Notes: generated by a model not told the origin, from the letters alone. A DNA stretch of 64,000 nt from Pauljensenia sp. (GCA_042645485.1 JBHRQN010000003.1:2450-66449); one strand, 5' to 3'. Counted from the first letter of the stretch, positions 19,343 to 29,843 are shown. A program made the numbers and translations.

Positions 19343-20323
19343 ATGACGGGGCTGGTAACCAGCGGTGAAAAGCGTCTGGTTCTTGTATCGGGTCGAGCAC
19401 ACATTGAACTCGCCCAGCAGGTTGGCGAAGAGTTAGGTTGCGGAGTTTCTCCGACAACCACGTATGACTTTGCCAGTGGGGAAACCTACGTTCGTTTTAA
19501 CGAATCAGTACGTGGTGCGGATGTCTTCGTCCTGCAATCGCATACCGGTGAAGTGAATAAGTGGCTGATGGAACAGCTCTTGATGATCGATGCAGCGAAG
19601 CGAGCATCGGCCAAGCGCATTACCGCAGTCGCCCCCTACTACCCCTACGCGCGCCAGGATAAGAAACACCTGGGGCGCGAACCTATCTCTGCCCGGCTTA
19701 TTGCTGATCTGTACAAGACGGCAGGCGCGGATCGCATCATGAGCGTTGACCTGCACGCTTCGCAGGAACAGGGCTTCTTCGACGGTCCGGTTGACCACCT
19801 CTGGGCAATGCCCGTCCTGGTTGAGTACGTGCGCTCGCACGTTGACCTGTCCAATGTCTGCATGGTCTCGCCCGACGCCGGTCGTATTCGTGTCGCAGAG
19901 AAATGGTCAGCAAAGTTGGGTGGATGCCCTCTGGCCTTTGTCCACAAGACTCGTGATACCACCCGTCCCAATGTCGCTGTTGCTAACCGTGTCGTTGGTG
20001 ATGTTGCGGGTAAGCAGTGTGTGCTGGTCGATGACATGATCGATACCGCCGGTACCATTTCCGAGGCCGTTAAGGTTGTGATGAATGCGGGTGCCTCCTC
20101 CGTTATCGTTGCTGCAACCCACGGTATTTTGTCCGATCCTGCAGCTCAGCGTCTTTCCGAATGCGGGGCCCAGGAAGTGATCGTTACCGACACCCTGCCC
20201 ATTGCACCTGAGAAGCGCTTCGATAATCTGACAATCCTGCCGATTGCTCCGCTGCTTGCACGTGCAATCCGCGAGGTTTTCGACGACGGATCGGTCACAT
20301 CTCTCTTTGATGGGGTCGCCTGA
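19343..20323 (+). CDS. prs: Ribose-phosphate pyrophosphokinase
   Basis: DLHASQEQGFF and the PRPP loop VLVDDMIDTAGT. Confidence 0.93.
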   Translation: MTGLVTSGEKRLVLVSGRAHIELAQQVGEELGCGVSPTTTYDFASGETYVRFNESVRGADVFVLQSHTGEVNKWLMEQLLMIDAAKRASAKRITAVAPYYPYARQDKKHLGREPISARLIADLYKTAGADRIMSVDLHASQEQGFFDGPVDHLWAMPVLVEYVRSHVDLSNVCMVSPDAGRIRVAEKWSAKLGGCPLAFVHKTRDTTRPNVAVANRVVGDVAGKQCVLVDDMIDTAGTISEAVKVVMNAGASSVIVAATHGILSDPAAQRLSECGAQEVIVTDTLPIAPEKRFDNLTILPIAPLLARAIREVFDDGSVTSLFDGVA

Positions 20324-20460
20324 GGCCTCAAAACGCGCTATTCTGGCTAGGTTGCTCCGGCGAGGGCGCGAAAGCGCCGTTATCGACAGGGCTTTCTGTA
20401 GGGTTATCCTTCAGATTCCTAGCGCCGGTGCGTGGAATGAACTATTTGAAGGAGGCTCTC

Positions 20461-21054
20461 ATGAGCAACCCCACGCTGGTCGCACAGACCCGTTCTGAAT
20501 TTGGTAAGGGTGCAGCACGTCGCGCACGTCGCGCCGGCCTGGTCCCCGGTGTCCTTTACGGTCACGGTGGCGAGCCCGTTCACGTTGATCTCCCCGCTCA
20601 CGAGCTCTTCCTGGCTGTCCGTGGCCAGAAGAACGCTCTGCTTGAGCTGGTCATCGAGGGCAAGAAGCAGCTTGCTCTGGTGAAGGAAGTTCAGCGTCAC
20701 CCCGTCTCCCGCGATCTGCTCCACGCCGACTTCCTGGCCGTCAAGGCCGGCGAACTGGTTGACGTTGAGGTTCCCGTCTCGATCGTCGGTGAGCCCGCAG
20801 CGGGCACCCAGCACACTCAGGAAGAGTTCGCACTGCTGGTTAAGGCCCCCGCCACCGCTATCCCCGAGTCCATCGAGGTTGACATCACCGGTATCGAGGC
20901 CGGCACTACCGTTCGTGTCGCCGATGTGACCTTCCCCAAGGGCGTTGTCTCCGAGCTCGATCCCGAGACCGTCGTTGTTACGGTTTCCGAAGAGGTCGTC
21001 GAGGTCGAGGAAGAGGAAGCACCCGCCGAGGCTGCTGAAGAATCTGCTGAGTGA
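20461..21054 (+). CDS. rplY: 50S ribosomal protein L25 / general stress protein Ctc
   Basis: ORF trimmed to ATG 20461 behind GAAGGAGG. RSEFGKGAARRARRAG...PGVLYG and an acidic C-terminal tail. Confidence 0.9.
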   Translation: MSNPTLVAQTRSEFGKGAARRARRAGLVPGVLYGHGGEPVHVDLPAHELFLAVRGQKNALLELVIEGKKQLALVKEVQRHPVSRDLLHADFLAVKAGELVDVEVPVSIVGEPAAGTQHTQEEFALLVKAPATAIPESIEVDITGIEAGTTVRVADVTFPKGVVSELDPETVVVTVSEEVVEVEEEEAPAEAAEESAE

Positions 21055-21069
21055 TCTCACTTCGATTCA

Positions 21070-21105
21070 GGGAGGCTTGCCGTTTGGCAAGCCTCCCTTT
21101 TTATT
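21070..21105 (+). terminator. Rho-independent terminator after rplY
   Basis: GGGAGGCTTGCC-GTTT-GGCAAGCCTCCC followed by TTTTTATT. Confidence 0.9.
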
Positions 21106-21117
21106 ACACTGAGAAGT

Positions 21118-22182
21118 ATGAATCGACTTCACGTCATTATTCCCGCCGGGGGAGTGGGCTCTAGGCTGTGGCCTCTGTCGCGTAAGGATCGGCCGAAATT
21201 TCTGCTTGATCTTCGCATGAGTGGAAAGAGCTTGCTCCAAGAGACCATTGACCGTCTGGCTCCAATTGCCGCTTCTTTCACGATTGTCACGGGGCGTGCA
21301 CACGAACAAGCCGTTCGTGCTCAGATCCCCCAGGGGCTTGATGTCACTGTTCTTGTCGAGCCTCAAGGACGTGATTCGATGCCCGCTATCGGTTTGGCGG
21401 CTTATGTCATTCGCCAGCGCTTTGGTGATGAGGCTCCGATTGCTTCCTTCGCTGCCGACCACGCGATTACTCATCCTCAGGTTCTTCTTGACTGCGTAGA
21501 ACGTGCGCTGGAAGTTGCTCAGAAGGGCTACGTTGTCACGATTGGTCTCAAGCCGCTGACCCCTTCAACAGCCTATGGCTACATTGCCCCGGGAGAACCT
21601 TTTGAAAAGGAGTCTCCCGAAAAGGGATCTATCGTGCGCTCTTTCGTTGAGAAACCGGATGAAGAGACCGCGAAGCATTACTGTGAACAGGGCTACCTGT
21701 GGAACGCTGGAATGTTCATCATGACCGCGGGGACTCTTGCTCGCGCACTGACGCGTTTTCATCCCGATATGGATACGCATCTAAGCGTGATCGGAAGCCA
21801 ATGGGAAAGTGAGAGCTTCGCGAAGACTCTCAGCGAAGAATGGCCCGCGCTCACGAAGATTGCCATCGATCATGCCATCGCTGAGCCGCTTGCCTCGGAG
21901 GGAGGAGTGGCCGTTGTCCCAGCGACGGATATGGGATGGACCGATGTGGGTGATTTTGATGCGCTTGCTCAGATTAGCTTAGAAGGTCAGGCCCTTCGGA
22001 TTGATTCCTCCGGTTCATTCGTCCGATCGTTGACTGGCCAAAAGATTGTTTTGGTTGGGGCGCCGAATATGGCTGTCATCGCTACAGAGGACGCAATATT
22101 GGTTGTTGACCGTAATCGCGCGCAGGACGTGAAACACGTGGTTGACCAGTTGACGCAGAGCGGAGAGGAAGAACTCCTTTAG
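21118..22182 (+). CDS. Mannose-1-phosphate guanylyltransferase-like nucleotidyltransferase
   Basis: IIPAGGVGSRLWPLSR nucleotide-binding loop. 354 aa. Confidence 0.85.
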   Translation: MNRLHVIIPAGGVGSRLWPLSRKDRPKFLLDLRMSGKSLLQETIDRLAPIAASFTIVTGRAHEQAVRAQIPQGLDVTVLVEPQGRDSMPAIGLAAYVIRQRFGDEAPIASFAADHAITHPQVLLDCVERALEVAQKGYVVTIGLKPLTPSTAYGYIAPGEPFEKESPEKGSIVRSFVEKPDEETAKHYCEQGYLWNAGMFIMTAGTLARALTRFHPDMDTHLSVIGSQWESESFAKTLSEEWPALTKIAIDHAIAEPLASEGGVAVVPATDMGWTDVGDFDALAQISLEGQALRIDSSGSFVRSLTGQKIVLVGAPNMAVIATEDAILVVDRNRAQDVKHVVDQLTQSGEEELL

Positions 22183-22183
22183 G

Positions 22184-23254
22184 ATGAAAACCATGACTCG
22201 ATTCGCGCGTGCACACCTATGCGCAGCAACAAGCGCTTTGCTGCTTCTCCTTGCCGGCTGCTCCTCAGCCCCTGCCTCAAATGCTCAAACTCAACTGTGC
22301 GGAATTTCTGACGCATCTGGGTGGGAGAGCGCGACCTCGCAAACTCCGGCGAAACTGGCAATTTCGCAGGCGGCCTCGGAAATTGGAGGGGAAGCAAAAT
22401 TTGCCACCGGCGAAGGCGAACTGGATGCACTTCTCAAGGGTGGATGCACCATTGTTGTCTCCGAAGGCCAGGGAATGACCCAGGCCATCACCCAGGCGGC
22501 GAAGAGAAACTCATCAGTCCGCTTTATTACCGTTAATTCTGGCTTCGAATCAGCAAATAAGACTGTCGAGCCCAGTAATGGCAAGGCTGTTGTCTCACGT
22601 GCAACCCAGGGCGCCTATATGGCCGGCTATGCTTCCGCCGGTTTGACGACGACCGGAACTATTGCCGGATTTGGTGGGGTTGAAACCAGCGAACGACAAG
22701 CGCTGATGGATGCCTTTGCGCAGGGAGTTGACGCCTACAACCTCGCATATGGGACATCGATCCGCTTTGAAGGATGGGATACCTCCCGCATGCGCGGAAC
22801 CTTCACCGGAAACGATGACCCGGCAAGTATCAAGGATGCAGCTTCAAAGGCACTTGCTGCGGGTGCGGATATTTTGGTCCCCTTCGCGGATGGTGGAAAC
22901 CAAGGTGCGCTCCAAGCACTTGAGGCAGCTGGAAATAACTCGGCCCAGCGCTTGGTCTGGATGGGTGATGACCTTCCCAGTGACCTTCCTCAGGTCATCA
23001 CGGCGGTCACTACGACCACGAAGGATCACGCGACCGAGGCAATTACTTCCGCACGAGGAAATGATTTTTCAACGAATGCGGTCATCGATTCTCTTGATAA
23101 TAACGGCGTGACGCTGGCTCCTTTCGCTGCTCATGAGGCGCTTATGACCCCCGAGCTCAAAGACTCCTTGGCGTCGATGCGCCAGCAGCTGCTCACTGGC
23201 AGCCTTGTGATCACGACCCAATTTGATCCCCTGTTGATTTCTCCCCGTAAGTGA
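22184..23254 (+). CDS. Second BMP-family lipoprotein with no adjacent transporter genes
   Basis: Lipobox LLLLLAGCSS. BMP-like body with recognisable resemblance to the 5505-6602 product. Confidence 0.75.
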   Translation: MKTMTRFARAHLCAATSALLLLLAGCSSAPASNAQTQLCGISDASGWESATSQTPAKLAISQAASEIGGEAKFATGEGELDALLKGGCTIVVSEGQGMTQAITQAAKRNSSVRFITVNSGFESANKTVEPSNGKAVVSRATQGAYMAGYASAGLTTTGTIAGFGGVETSERQALMDAFAQGVDAYNLAYGTSIRFEGWDTSRMRGTFTGNDDPASIKDAASKALAAGADILVPFADGGNQGALQALEAAGNNSAQRLVWMGDDLPSDLPQVITAVTTTTKDHATEAITSARGNDFSTNAVIDSLDNNGVTLAPFAAHEALMTPELKDSLASMRQQLLTGSLVITTQFDPLLISPRK

Positions 23255-23997
23255 AGGACCCCATGGAACACGCACACCAGAATTCCTCCTATCGCCGAGG
23301 CCCGGTGATCCTTCGTGGAGGAAAGATCCCTCGCGAAACATCCGATACCGGCCTGCTGCGCCCCCAGTCCTCTGCGGATTGGCTGCACGAGGACCCCTGG
23401 AGGGTGCTTCGTATCCAGTCGGAGTTCGTCGAAGGTTTTGGAGCGCTTGCCGAATTGGGTCCGGCAGTGTCGGTTTTCGGCTCGGCTCGCACCCCTGCTG
23501 GAAGTGAAGATTGGGAGCGTGCGCGCTCCATTGGCTCCCTATTAGTTCAGGCGGGCTTTGCCGTGATTACCGGTGGTGGACCGGGAATTATGGAAGCGGC
23601 CAATAAAGGCGCGTGGGAAGCCGGAGGAACCTCCGTCGGCTTGGGAATTGAGCTTCCCCACGAGCAGGGAATGAATGAATGGGTCAATGTTGGAATTAAT
23701 TTCCGTTATTTCTTTGCCCGCAAGACCATGTTCATGAAGTATTCCTCGGGCTTTATCGCTATGCCGGGTGGTTTTGGCACCATGGATGAGCTTTTTGAGG
23801 CTGCAACCTTGGTGCAAACCGGTAAGGTGCATTCCTTCCCGATCGTTTTGGTTGGGCGCGACTATTGGGGCGGATTAGTTCAATGGATTAACTCGACCAT
23901 GAAGGAATCGGGAATGCTTTCAAGTAATGACCCTCAACTTTTGCACGTGGTCGATAGCCCCGAAGAAGCTGTGGAAATAGTAATTGGACACAAATAA
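23251..23997 (+). CDS. LOG-family (TIGR00730) nucleotide 5'-monophosphate phosphoribohydrolase
   Basis: GGGPGIMEAANKGA and PGGFGTMDELFE motifs. GTG 23251 overlaps the upstream stop. Alternative ATG at 23263. Confidence 0.88.
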   Translation: MKDPMEHAHQNSSYRRGPVILRGGKIPRETSDTGLLRPQSSADWLHEDPWRVLRIQSEFVEGFGALAELGPAVSVFGSARTPAGSEDWERARSIGSLLVQAGFAVITGGGPGIMEAANKGAWEAGGTSVGLGIELPHEQGMNEWVNVGINFRYFFARKTMFMKYSSGFIAMPGGFGTMDELFEAATLVQTGKVHSFPIVLVGRDYWGGLVQWINSTMKESGMLSSNDPQLLHVVDSPEEAVEIVIGHK

Positions 23998-24086
23998 TTC
24001 AAAACCTTACTAAAGCACGGCATTCTCGGTAGAATAAATGTGTTTTTAGCGGTATTTAATACCCGGCGTTCAGAAGGGAAACGAAC

Positions 24087-24251
24087 ATGGCAGCTATGAA
24101 GCCGCGAACCGGAGATGGCCCCCTCGAGGCAGAAAAAGAGGGTCGTGGGATTGTCATGCGTATCCCCAGTGAAGGCGGTGGCCGTCTGGTCATTGAACTC
24201 AGCGCTGAAGAAGCACAGGAACTGGCTCAGGCCTTAGCTAACGCTCTGTGA
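24087..24251 (+). CDS. DUF3117-family small conserved actinobacterial protein (54 aa)
   Basis: Absent from the ORF track because it is under 60 aa. MAAMKPRTGDGPLEAEKEGRGIVMRIPSEGGGRLVIELSAEEAQELAQALANAL matches the strongly conserved DUF3117 consensus. Confidence 0.85.
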   Translation: MAAMKPRTGDGPLEAEKEGRGIVMRIPSEGGGRLVIELSAEEAQELAQALANAL

Positions 24252-24989
24252 GGCACTCAGGGCTTCCTCAAGAGTCAGACTCCCGACATAGAGGGCCTTG
24301 CCAACAATCACTCCATCCAGATAACCTTCACGCCTCAAGGTGCGGATATCCTCGACATGACGGATTCCTCCTGAGGCAACCAGAAGCGTAGGTGTTTTCG
24401 CCCGTAGATCTCTGAGCAGGTCTACGGGCGGTCCCATAAGTGCCCCGTCACGTTGGCGCTCGGTGACGATGTAACGCTGCACACCCGCTTGATCCAGAGC
24501 GCGGCAGACTTCCCAAAGGTTCCCCGCGTCCCCGTCAACGCCTCGTGGACGAATTCGATCGCCCTCTACGTCAATGCAGATGTTGAGGCGCCCGGCGAAC
24601 TCGGCGAGCAAAGCGCGGACCCGATCGATATTAACCAAGGCTTGAGAAGCCAGATTGACGCGATCAGCACCTGCTTGAAGCGCAGCTTCGATATCCTCCC
24701 CGCTGCGTACACCACCAGACCACTCGATGCAGCATTTAGGGATGTGCCTGCCTGAGCCGGATGCTCCAGATCCGTCAAGCTCAGAAATTACCTCAGAAAG
24801 CACATCTGAGTTGCTTCCTCGCTCAAAGGCCGCATCAATATCGACCAGATGAATCCAGCGAGCACCCTGAGCGACGAAGGAACGCGCAACCTCGCAGGGA
24901 TCAGCACTGGTCGAGTCTTCACCTCCGTCAGCCCTACGGTGCGTGAGGGCCCGGCCATTGGCGATATCAAGGGCGGGGAGAATATCCAC
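24234..24989 (-). CDS. priA: HisA/PriA-family (beta/alpha)8 phosphoribosyl isomerase, last gene of the trp operon (probable PRA isomerase, TrpF role)
   Basis: N-terminal ILPALDIANGRA, IHLVDIDAA and C-terminal ASGGIRHVEDI motifs of HisA/PriA. Starts 4 nt downstream of the trpA stop. No separate trpF in the operon. Confidence 0.8.
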   Translation of the reverse strand: MDILPALDIANGRALTHRRADGGEDSTSADPCEVARSFVAQGARWIHLVDIDAAFERGSNSDVLSEVISELDGSGASGSGRHIPKCCIEWSGGVRSGEDIEAALQAGADRVNLASQALVNIDRVRALLAEFAGRLNICIDVEGDRIRPRGVDGDAGNLWEVCRALDQAGVQRYIVTERQRDGALMGPPVDLLRDLRAKTPTLLVASGGIRHVEDIRTLRREGYLDGVIVGKALYVGSLTLEEALSASQSVS

Positions 24990-24992
24990 GAC

Positions 24993-25850
24993 TCAGTTGT
25001 TTCCGTGATTGAGGGTTGCCTGGTACATCGGTGCGAAGAACTCACCCAGCCGCACAAGAGTTTCCTTCAGCGCATCGCGAGTGCCGTTCTTTTCCTCTTC
25101 CACGATCTCTGCCGCATGCTTGGCGATGATGCGCACAATCGCTGAACCCGAGATCGCGCCATCTGCTCCCGCCTGGAGTGCCGCACGCACGTGTTCAGGT
25201 CGCGAAATTCCAAAACCCAAGAGAACAGGTGCGGCCGCTTCCTCGCGAAGCTTTGCGACGGCCTCGTGCAAGCCCACGGTCGAGGCCTCGTGATCCGCGC
25301 CCGTCACGCCCACGCGAGAGACCGCGTAGACGTAGCCGCGTGCAGAGTGTGCGACGTCGCTCAGGGTGCGAGGCGAGGCCGATGGGGGAGCGATGTACAC
25401 GCTGTCGATGCCCGACTTGAGTGCTGCTTCTCCAAATGGATGTCCCTCGCGGATCGGGAGATCTGGAATGAGTACCGAATCGACTCCCGCCTGCGCACAG
25501 AGCTCATAGAAACGATCAACCCCAACGGAGAAGGGCACATTCGCGTAGACCAGCAGCCCGATGGGGAGATCGGGGTGTGAGTCGCGAATGTGAGAAAGGA
25601 TCTGGAAGCACTCATTGATAGCAGTACCGGCCTGAAGGGCCCGCAGGTGTGCTTCCTGAATAACAACGCCGTCTGCGACCGGATCTGAGAAGGGTATCCC
25701 AAGCTCTAGAGCATCTGCGCCATCGGCGATGAGTGCCTCGATGATGGCTTCGCAAGATGCAGGAGTGGGGTCACCCAGCATAACGAAGGGGACGATTGCC
25801 CCGCGTTCCTGCGCGGCGCAGCGCTCAAACATTGATGCGTAGCGAGTCAT
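24993..25850 (-). CDS. trpA: Tryptophan synthase alpha chain
   Basis: VPFVMLGDP and [14 protein letters not shown] motifs. 4-nt overlap with the upstream gene. Confidence 0.92.
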   Translation of the reverse strand: MTRYASMFERCAAQERGAIVPFVMLGDPTPASCEAIIEALIADGADALELGIPFSDPVADGVVIQEAHLRALQAGTAINECFQILSHIRDSHPDLPIGLLVYANVPFSVGVDRFYELCAQAGVDSVLIPDLPIREGHPFGEAALKSGIDSVYIAPPSASPRTLSDVAHSARGYVYAVSRVGVTGADHEASTVGLHEAVAKLREEAAAPVLLGFGISRPEHVRAALQAGADGAISGSAIVRIIAKHAAEIVEEEKNGTRDALKETLVRLGEFFAPMYQATLNHGNN

Positions 25851-28147
25851 CGTTCCTCCTTAGATGAACCCAGATCATAGGAATGGGTCCTATGGGTTCC
25901 AAAGCCGGCACGTTCTTGTGCAACCAATTCAGCGGCGCGGGCAACCGCCCCATCCCTGGAGAAGGAGCCTCCCAAGCGCTCGCGGACTTGGTCAAGGTCC
26001 TTGTCACCTCGGCCGGATAGACACACAAGCAGTGTGGGGACGTGTCCCTCGCGTGTCTCGAGCCCCTCGGTGTGGCCTGTCTCCTTGAGTTCGCGCGCCA
26101 TCTTGAGGGCGTAAGCCAAGGCGTGAGAGGACTCCATTGCCGGAATAATTCCCTCATGACGCGAGAGCTCGATGAAGGCGTTGACGGCCTCGTCATCGGT
26201 AATTCCCACGTAGTGAGCGCGGCCGCTCGCAGCTAAATAGGCGTGCTGGGGACCAACACCGGGGTAGTCCAAGCCTGCGGAAATCGAATAGGACTCTTCG
26301 ACTTGTCCCTCATCAGTGCGCATGAGATAGGAGCGCGCACCGTGAAGAACACCGACCTTACCCTCATGGATCGCCGCGCCGTGGTGTCCGGAATTCAGCC
26401 CCTCGCCCGCAGGCTCAACACCGTAGAGCGCAACAGATGGATCGTCAATAAAGTCGGCGAACAGACCAATTGCGTTCGAGCCGCCACCCACGCACGCAAT
26501 AACCGCGTCGGGGAGCGCACCGGTTTGCGCGAGGATCTGAGCACGGGCTTCGGTTGAAATAATGCGGTGGAATTCGCGAACCATGGTGGGGAAGGGGTGC
26601 GGGCCGGCCGCGGTTCCCAAGAGGTAGTGCGAGGTCTTAAAAGTCGCCGTCCAGTCGCGTAGGGCCTCGTTAACGGCGTCCTTGAGGGTCCCACTGCCCG
26701 CGGTCACGGGGACGACAGTTGCACCCATGAGCTCCATGCGCTCAACGTTTGGAGCCTGTCGAACAACATCGACCGTGCCCATGTAGATCGTGCATTCCAA
26801 TCCCAAAAGCGCGCATACCATTGCGGTTGCGGTCCCGTGTTGACCGGCTCCGGTTTCAGCGATGATGCGCGTCTTGCCCATGCGCTTAGCAAGCAGAGCC
26901 TGTCCCAGAACCTGATTACCCTTGTGTGCGCCTCCGTGGACCAGATCCTCACGCTTGAGGAAGATCCGAGCACCGCCGCCGGGAAGGTTGCGAAGCTCTG
27001 TGACGGGGGTGGGGCGTCCCAGGAACTGATGGAGCAGAGTATTGATCTCCTCGATGAAAGTTGGGTCGTCAATTGCCTGAACGAAGGCTTCTTCAAGCTG
27101 GTCCAGTGCGGGGATTAGAAGCTCAGGAACGTATTGTCCGCCGAATTGTCCGAAGTAGGGGGAAAGCTTCGTCGGGCGCTCGGGAGCTCCTTCGTCCTTC
27201 GTACCCTCAGTCTTTGCGCCGAGGCGCTCACTGGAGTAGGGCCTCCACGAGGTGTGGAGCGCAGCTTCTTCGAGGAAAGCGTGGCCGGCACTGGGCTGGC
27301 CGCCTGCGATCTCCCAAGCTGCCTGTGCGGGATCATCCGATCCCGAGAGCGAGGAGCCAACCAATAGCGCGTCGACATATGGGGCAAGAGCCATCACGTC
27401 ATCGCGTGAATGAACGCCAGACTCGCCAACGATCACTGCTCCCTTTGGAGCAAGGGGAGCGAGCTTCTGCGTGCGGGTGATGTCAATCTGAAGCGTGCGC
27501 AGGTCACGATTGTTGATGCCTATAATGCGTGCGCCCAAACGCTGAGCGCGGTGCATATCCTCTTCACTGTCAACCTCGGTCAGGACATCCATTCCCAGGC
27601 GCTGGGCCGCCAAGGAAAGCTCCGTGTAGTCCTGATCGTCCAGAACAGACAGCATCAGTAAGATCGCATCTGCCCCGTGAGAGCGAGCAGCCGTGATCTG
27701 AATGGGATCGATGATGAAGTCCTTGCACAAGACAGGCTGGTTAACTTCGTCTCGTACCTCATCAAGATCAGCGAAATTGCCGTTGAAACGGTCGGGCTCT
27801 GTCAACACACTGATCGCTGCGGCGTAGCGCGAGTAGGCACGAGCCAAAAGGCGCGGAGAATATGCGCCCTCGATAATTGTGCCCAAAGTCGGAGATGCCG
27901 ACTTGCACTCCATGATGATTGCCGGGCCGCTGGGACGAGACTGGTAGCCTTCTTTTTCGTCGTAACGACGCGTGCGTAGTGCGTCCTCAAAAGAGCGCGT
28001 CGAGCGAGGAAGCGTCAGGGGATCGATGTGCCCGTAGGCCTCGTGAAGTTCAGGAAGACGCGTCCGACGCTGAGCGACGATCGAATCAAGGACGGTCCCG
28101 GTTTCGCGCAATCGCGTGGAAATGGGAGAGAAAGACGGCTGGTTCAC
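25847..28147 (-). CDS. trpCB: Fused indole-3-glycerol-phosphate synthase (N-terminal) / tryptophan synthase beta chain (C-terminal)
   Basis: N-terminal half has TrpC motifs ([19 protein letters not shown]). A linker of about 60 aa follows. The C-terminal half is TrpB ([37 protein letters not shown]). Single 766-aa ORF. Confidence 0.88.
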   Translation of the reverse strand: MNQPSFSPISTRLRETGTVLDSIVAQRRTRLPELHEAYGHIDPLTLPRSTRSFEDALRTRRYDEKEGYQSRPSGPAIIMECKSASPTLGTIIEGAYSPRLLARAYSRYAAAISVLTEPDRFNGNFADLDEVRDEVNQPVLCKDFIIDPIQITAARSHGADAILLMLSVLDDQDYTELSLAAQRLGMDVLTEVDSEEDMHRAQRLGARIIGINNRDLRTLQIDITRTQKLAPLAPKGAVIVGESGVHSRDDVMALAPYVDALLVGSSLSGSDDPAQAAWEIAGGQPSAGHAFLEEAALHTSWRPYSSERLGAKTEGTKDEGAPERPTKLSPYFGQFGGQYVPELLIPALDQLEEAFVQAIDDPTFIEEINTLLHQFLGRPTPVTELRNLPGGGARIFLKREDLVHGGAHKGNQVLGQALLAKRMGKTRIIAETGAGQHGTATAMVCALLGLECTIYMGTVDVVRQAPNVERMELMGATVVPVTAGSGTLKDAVNEALRDWTATFKTSHYLLGTAAGPHPFPTMVREFHRIISTEARAQILAQTGALPDAVIACVGGGSNAIGLFADFIDDPSVALYGVEPAGEGLNSGHHGAAIHEGKVGVLHGARSYLMRTDEGQVEESYSISAGLDYPGVGPQHAYLAASGRAHYVGITDDEAVNAFIELSRHEGIIPAMESSHALAYALKMARELKETGHTEGLETREGHVPTLLVCLSGRGDKDLDQVRERLGGSFSRDGAVARAAELVAQERAGFGTHRTHSYDLGSSKEER

Positions 28148-29175
28148 TGGTTCTCCTGCTCTTTCAATTCACGCGCGGTCGAAACGATGGTCTCAAGGTG
28201 GGAGGCGACGGCCCCGCTGGAGAGTTGAGACAGTGCCAATTCTGTTCCCTGGTTCAAAGACTCTGCCTTGCCCGCCAGATAGAGCATCGCGCCGCTTGTC
28301 GCAGCGATGGCCTCGCGCTGAGCCGGCGCGCCCTTCCCGGCGAAGATTTCCGAGATCAGACGCAGGTTTTCTTCTGCATCCCCACCGACCAACTCTGAAA
28401 GCGGAGCAGGATTAATTCCCAGCTCCTCAGGGGCCAGGGTAAAGGAAGCAATACCCTCTTGGGTGATCTCGCGGATCTCGGTGGGACCGTGGACGGCGAA
28501 TTCATCGGTACCGCTACCGTGAACCACCAGTGCGTGCTTCAGACCCAAGGAGGCCAAAGCCTTCGCAACGACATCCAGGAGTTCAGGCTTTCCAACCCCC
28601 AGTACCTGGTAGGACAGCGGCGCGGGGTTCACCAAGGGGCCGATGAGATTGAAGATCGTCGGGTTCTTCAAAGCGCCGCGCACGGGTGCGACATAGCGCA
28701 TGGCCGGGTGATACTTCTGCGCGAACAAGAAGCAGAAACCGGTGCGTTCCAAGAGCTTCGCCGAAGAAGCGGGGGAGAGGTCCAGGGGAATACCCGCGGC
28801 CTCAACAAGGTCTGCGGCTCCAGCCTTCGAAGACACCGCTCGGTTACCATGCTTGGCGACCTTGAGTCCCATGGACGCCGCAACGAAAGCCGAGGCCGTC
28901 GAGATATTGATTGTTCCGACACCGTCACCGCCCGTTCCGACGACGTCAATGACGCCGGGAGCGGTCGTTGTGAAGTGTTGTGCTGCTGAACGGAAAGCTT
29001 CTGCCGCACCCGCAATTTCACTGGGCTGCTCACCGCGTGCGTGAAGCGCTCCAAGGAAAGCTGCGATTTCAATTTCGCTGAGTTCCCCGCGTGACATCTC
29101 CTCGAAAACGGAACGTGCCTGTTCCTGGTCTAGTAGGTGACCGTTCAATGCGCGGCGCAGAAAGGACTCACTCAT
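28144..29175 (-). CDS. trpD: Anthranilate phosphoribosyltransferase
   Basis: [19 protein letters not shown] and [15 protein letters not shown] motifs. Confidence 0.92.
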   Translation of the reverse strand: MSESFLRRALNGHLLDQEQARSVFEEMSRGELSEIEIAAFLGALHARGEQPSEIAGAAEAFRSAAQHFTTTAPGVIDVVGTGGDGVGTINISTASAFVAASMGLKVAKHGNRAVSSKAGAADLVEAAGIPLDLSPASSAKLLERTGFCFLFAQKYHPAMRYVAPVRGALKNPTIFNLIGPLVNPAPLSYQVLGVGKPELLDVVAKALASLGLKHALVVHGSGTDEFAVHGPTEIREITQEGIASFTLAPEELGINPAPLSELVGGDAEENLRLISEIFAGKGAPAQREAIAATSGAMLYLAGKAESLNQGTELALSQLSSGAVASHLETIVSTARELKEQENQ

Positions 29176-29176
29176 G

Positions 29177-29842
29177 TCAATTCCTTGAATTAGTAGCGGT
29201 GGATAGGGTTAGGTCAGCCAGCAGGGCACGCAGAAGAAGCGGGCCAGCCGGAGTCAAAATCGATTCTGGGTGGAATTGCAGACCGATGCACGGCGCACTG
29301 CGGTGACGCGCAGCCATGACAATCCCATCACGGGTGTGTGCCAAGGAAACCAAAGCATCGGGAAGGCTACGCGTGCCCAGAGAATGGTAACGAGCAACAG
29401 AGATATATCCGTGCTCAGCATCGTCACCGGGACGGGGAGCCTCTGCAATTGAGGAGAAGGCGGGGTCTTCAATGCCGGCCTCGGTAAGTTCAATGCGGTC
29501 GGTGCGCCCATGGGTTGCCCCTACTGGTCCGACGACGCCCCCGCAGGCCTCGACCATTGCTTGGAAGCCCAGGCAAATCCCCAAGGTCGGAATATTCTCA
29601 CGGAGAGCCACCTCAAGGATCTCCATCATGTTTCCTGCGCCTCGGGGATGCCCCGGGCCGGGAGAAAGAATCAATAGCGGACGTTCGCCCGCAGCGCGCT
29701 CGGCCTCGGTCGGGACAAGTGCCTTGAGAAGCGTTGATGTTGGGGTCGTATTACGGAAGACCTGCACTGCGGCCTCGCGGGCGGTTAAATCCACCAAGTT
29801 ATAGACGAAAGAGTCGCGGTTATCCAGGAAAATGACGCGCAT
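29177..29842 (-). CDS. trpG: Anthranilate synthase component II (glutamine amidotransferase)
   Basis: ORF 29177-30085 trimmed to ATG 29842, 1 nt after the trpE stop. MRVIFLDNRDSFVYNLV, LGICLGFQ (catalytic Cys), FHPES. Confidence 0.9.
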   Translation of the reverse strand: MRVIFLDNRDSFVYNLVDLTAREAAVQVFRNTTPTSTLLKALVPTEAERAAGERPLLILSPGPGHPRGAGNMMEILEVALRENIPTLGICLGFQAMVEACGGVVGPVGATHGRTDRIELTEAGIEDPAFSSIAEAPRPGDDAEHGYISVARYHSLGTRSLPDALVSLAHTRDGIVMAARHRSAPCIGLQFHPESILTPAGPLLLRALLADLTLSTATNSRN

Positions 29843-29843
29843 C

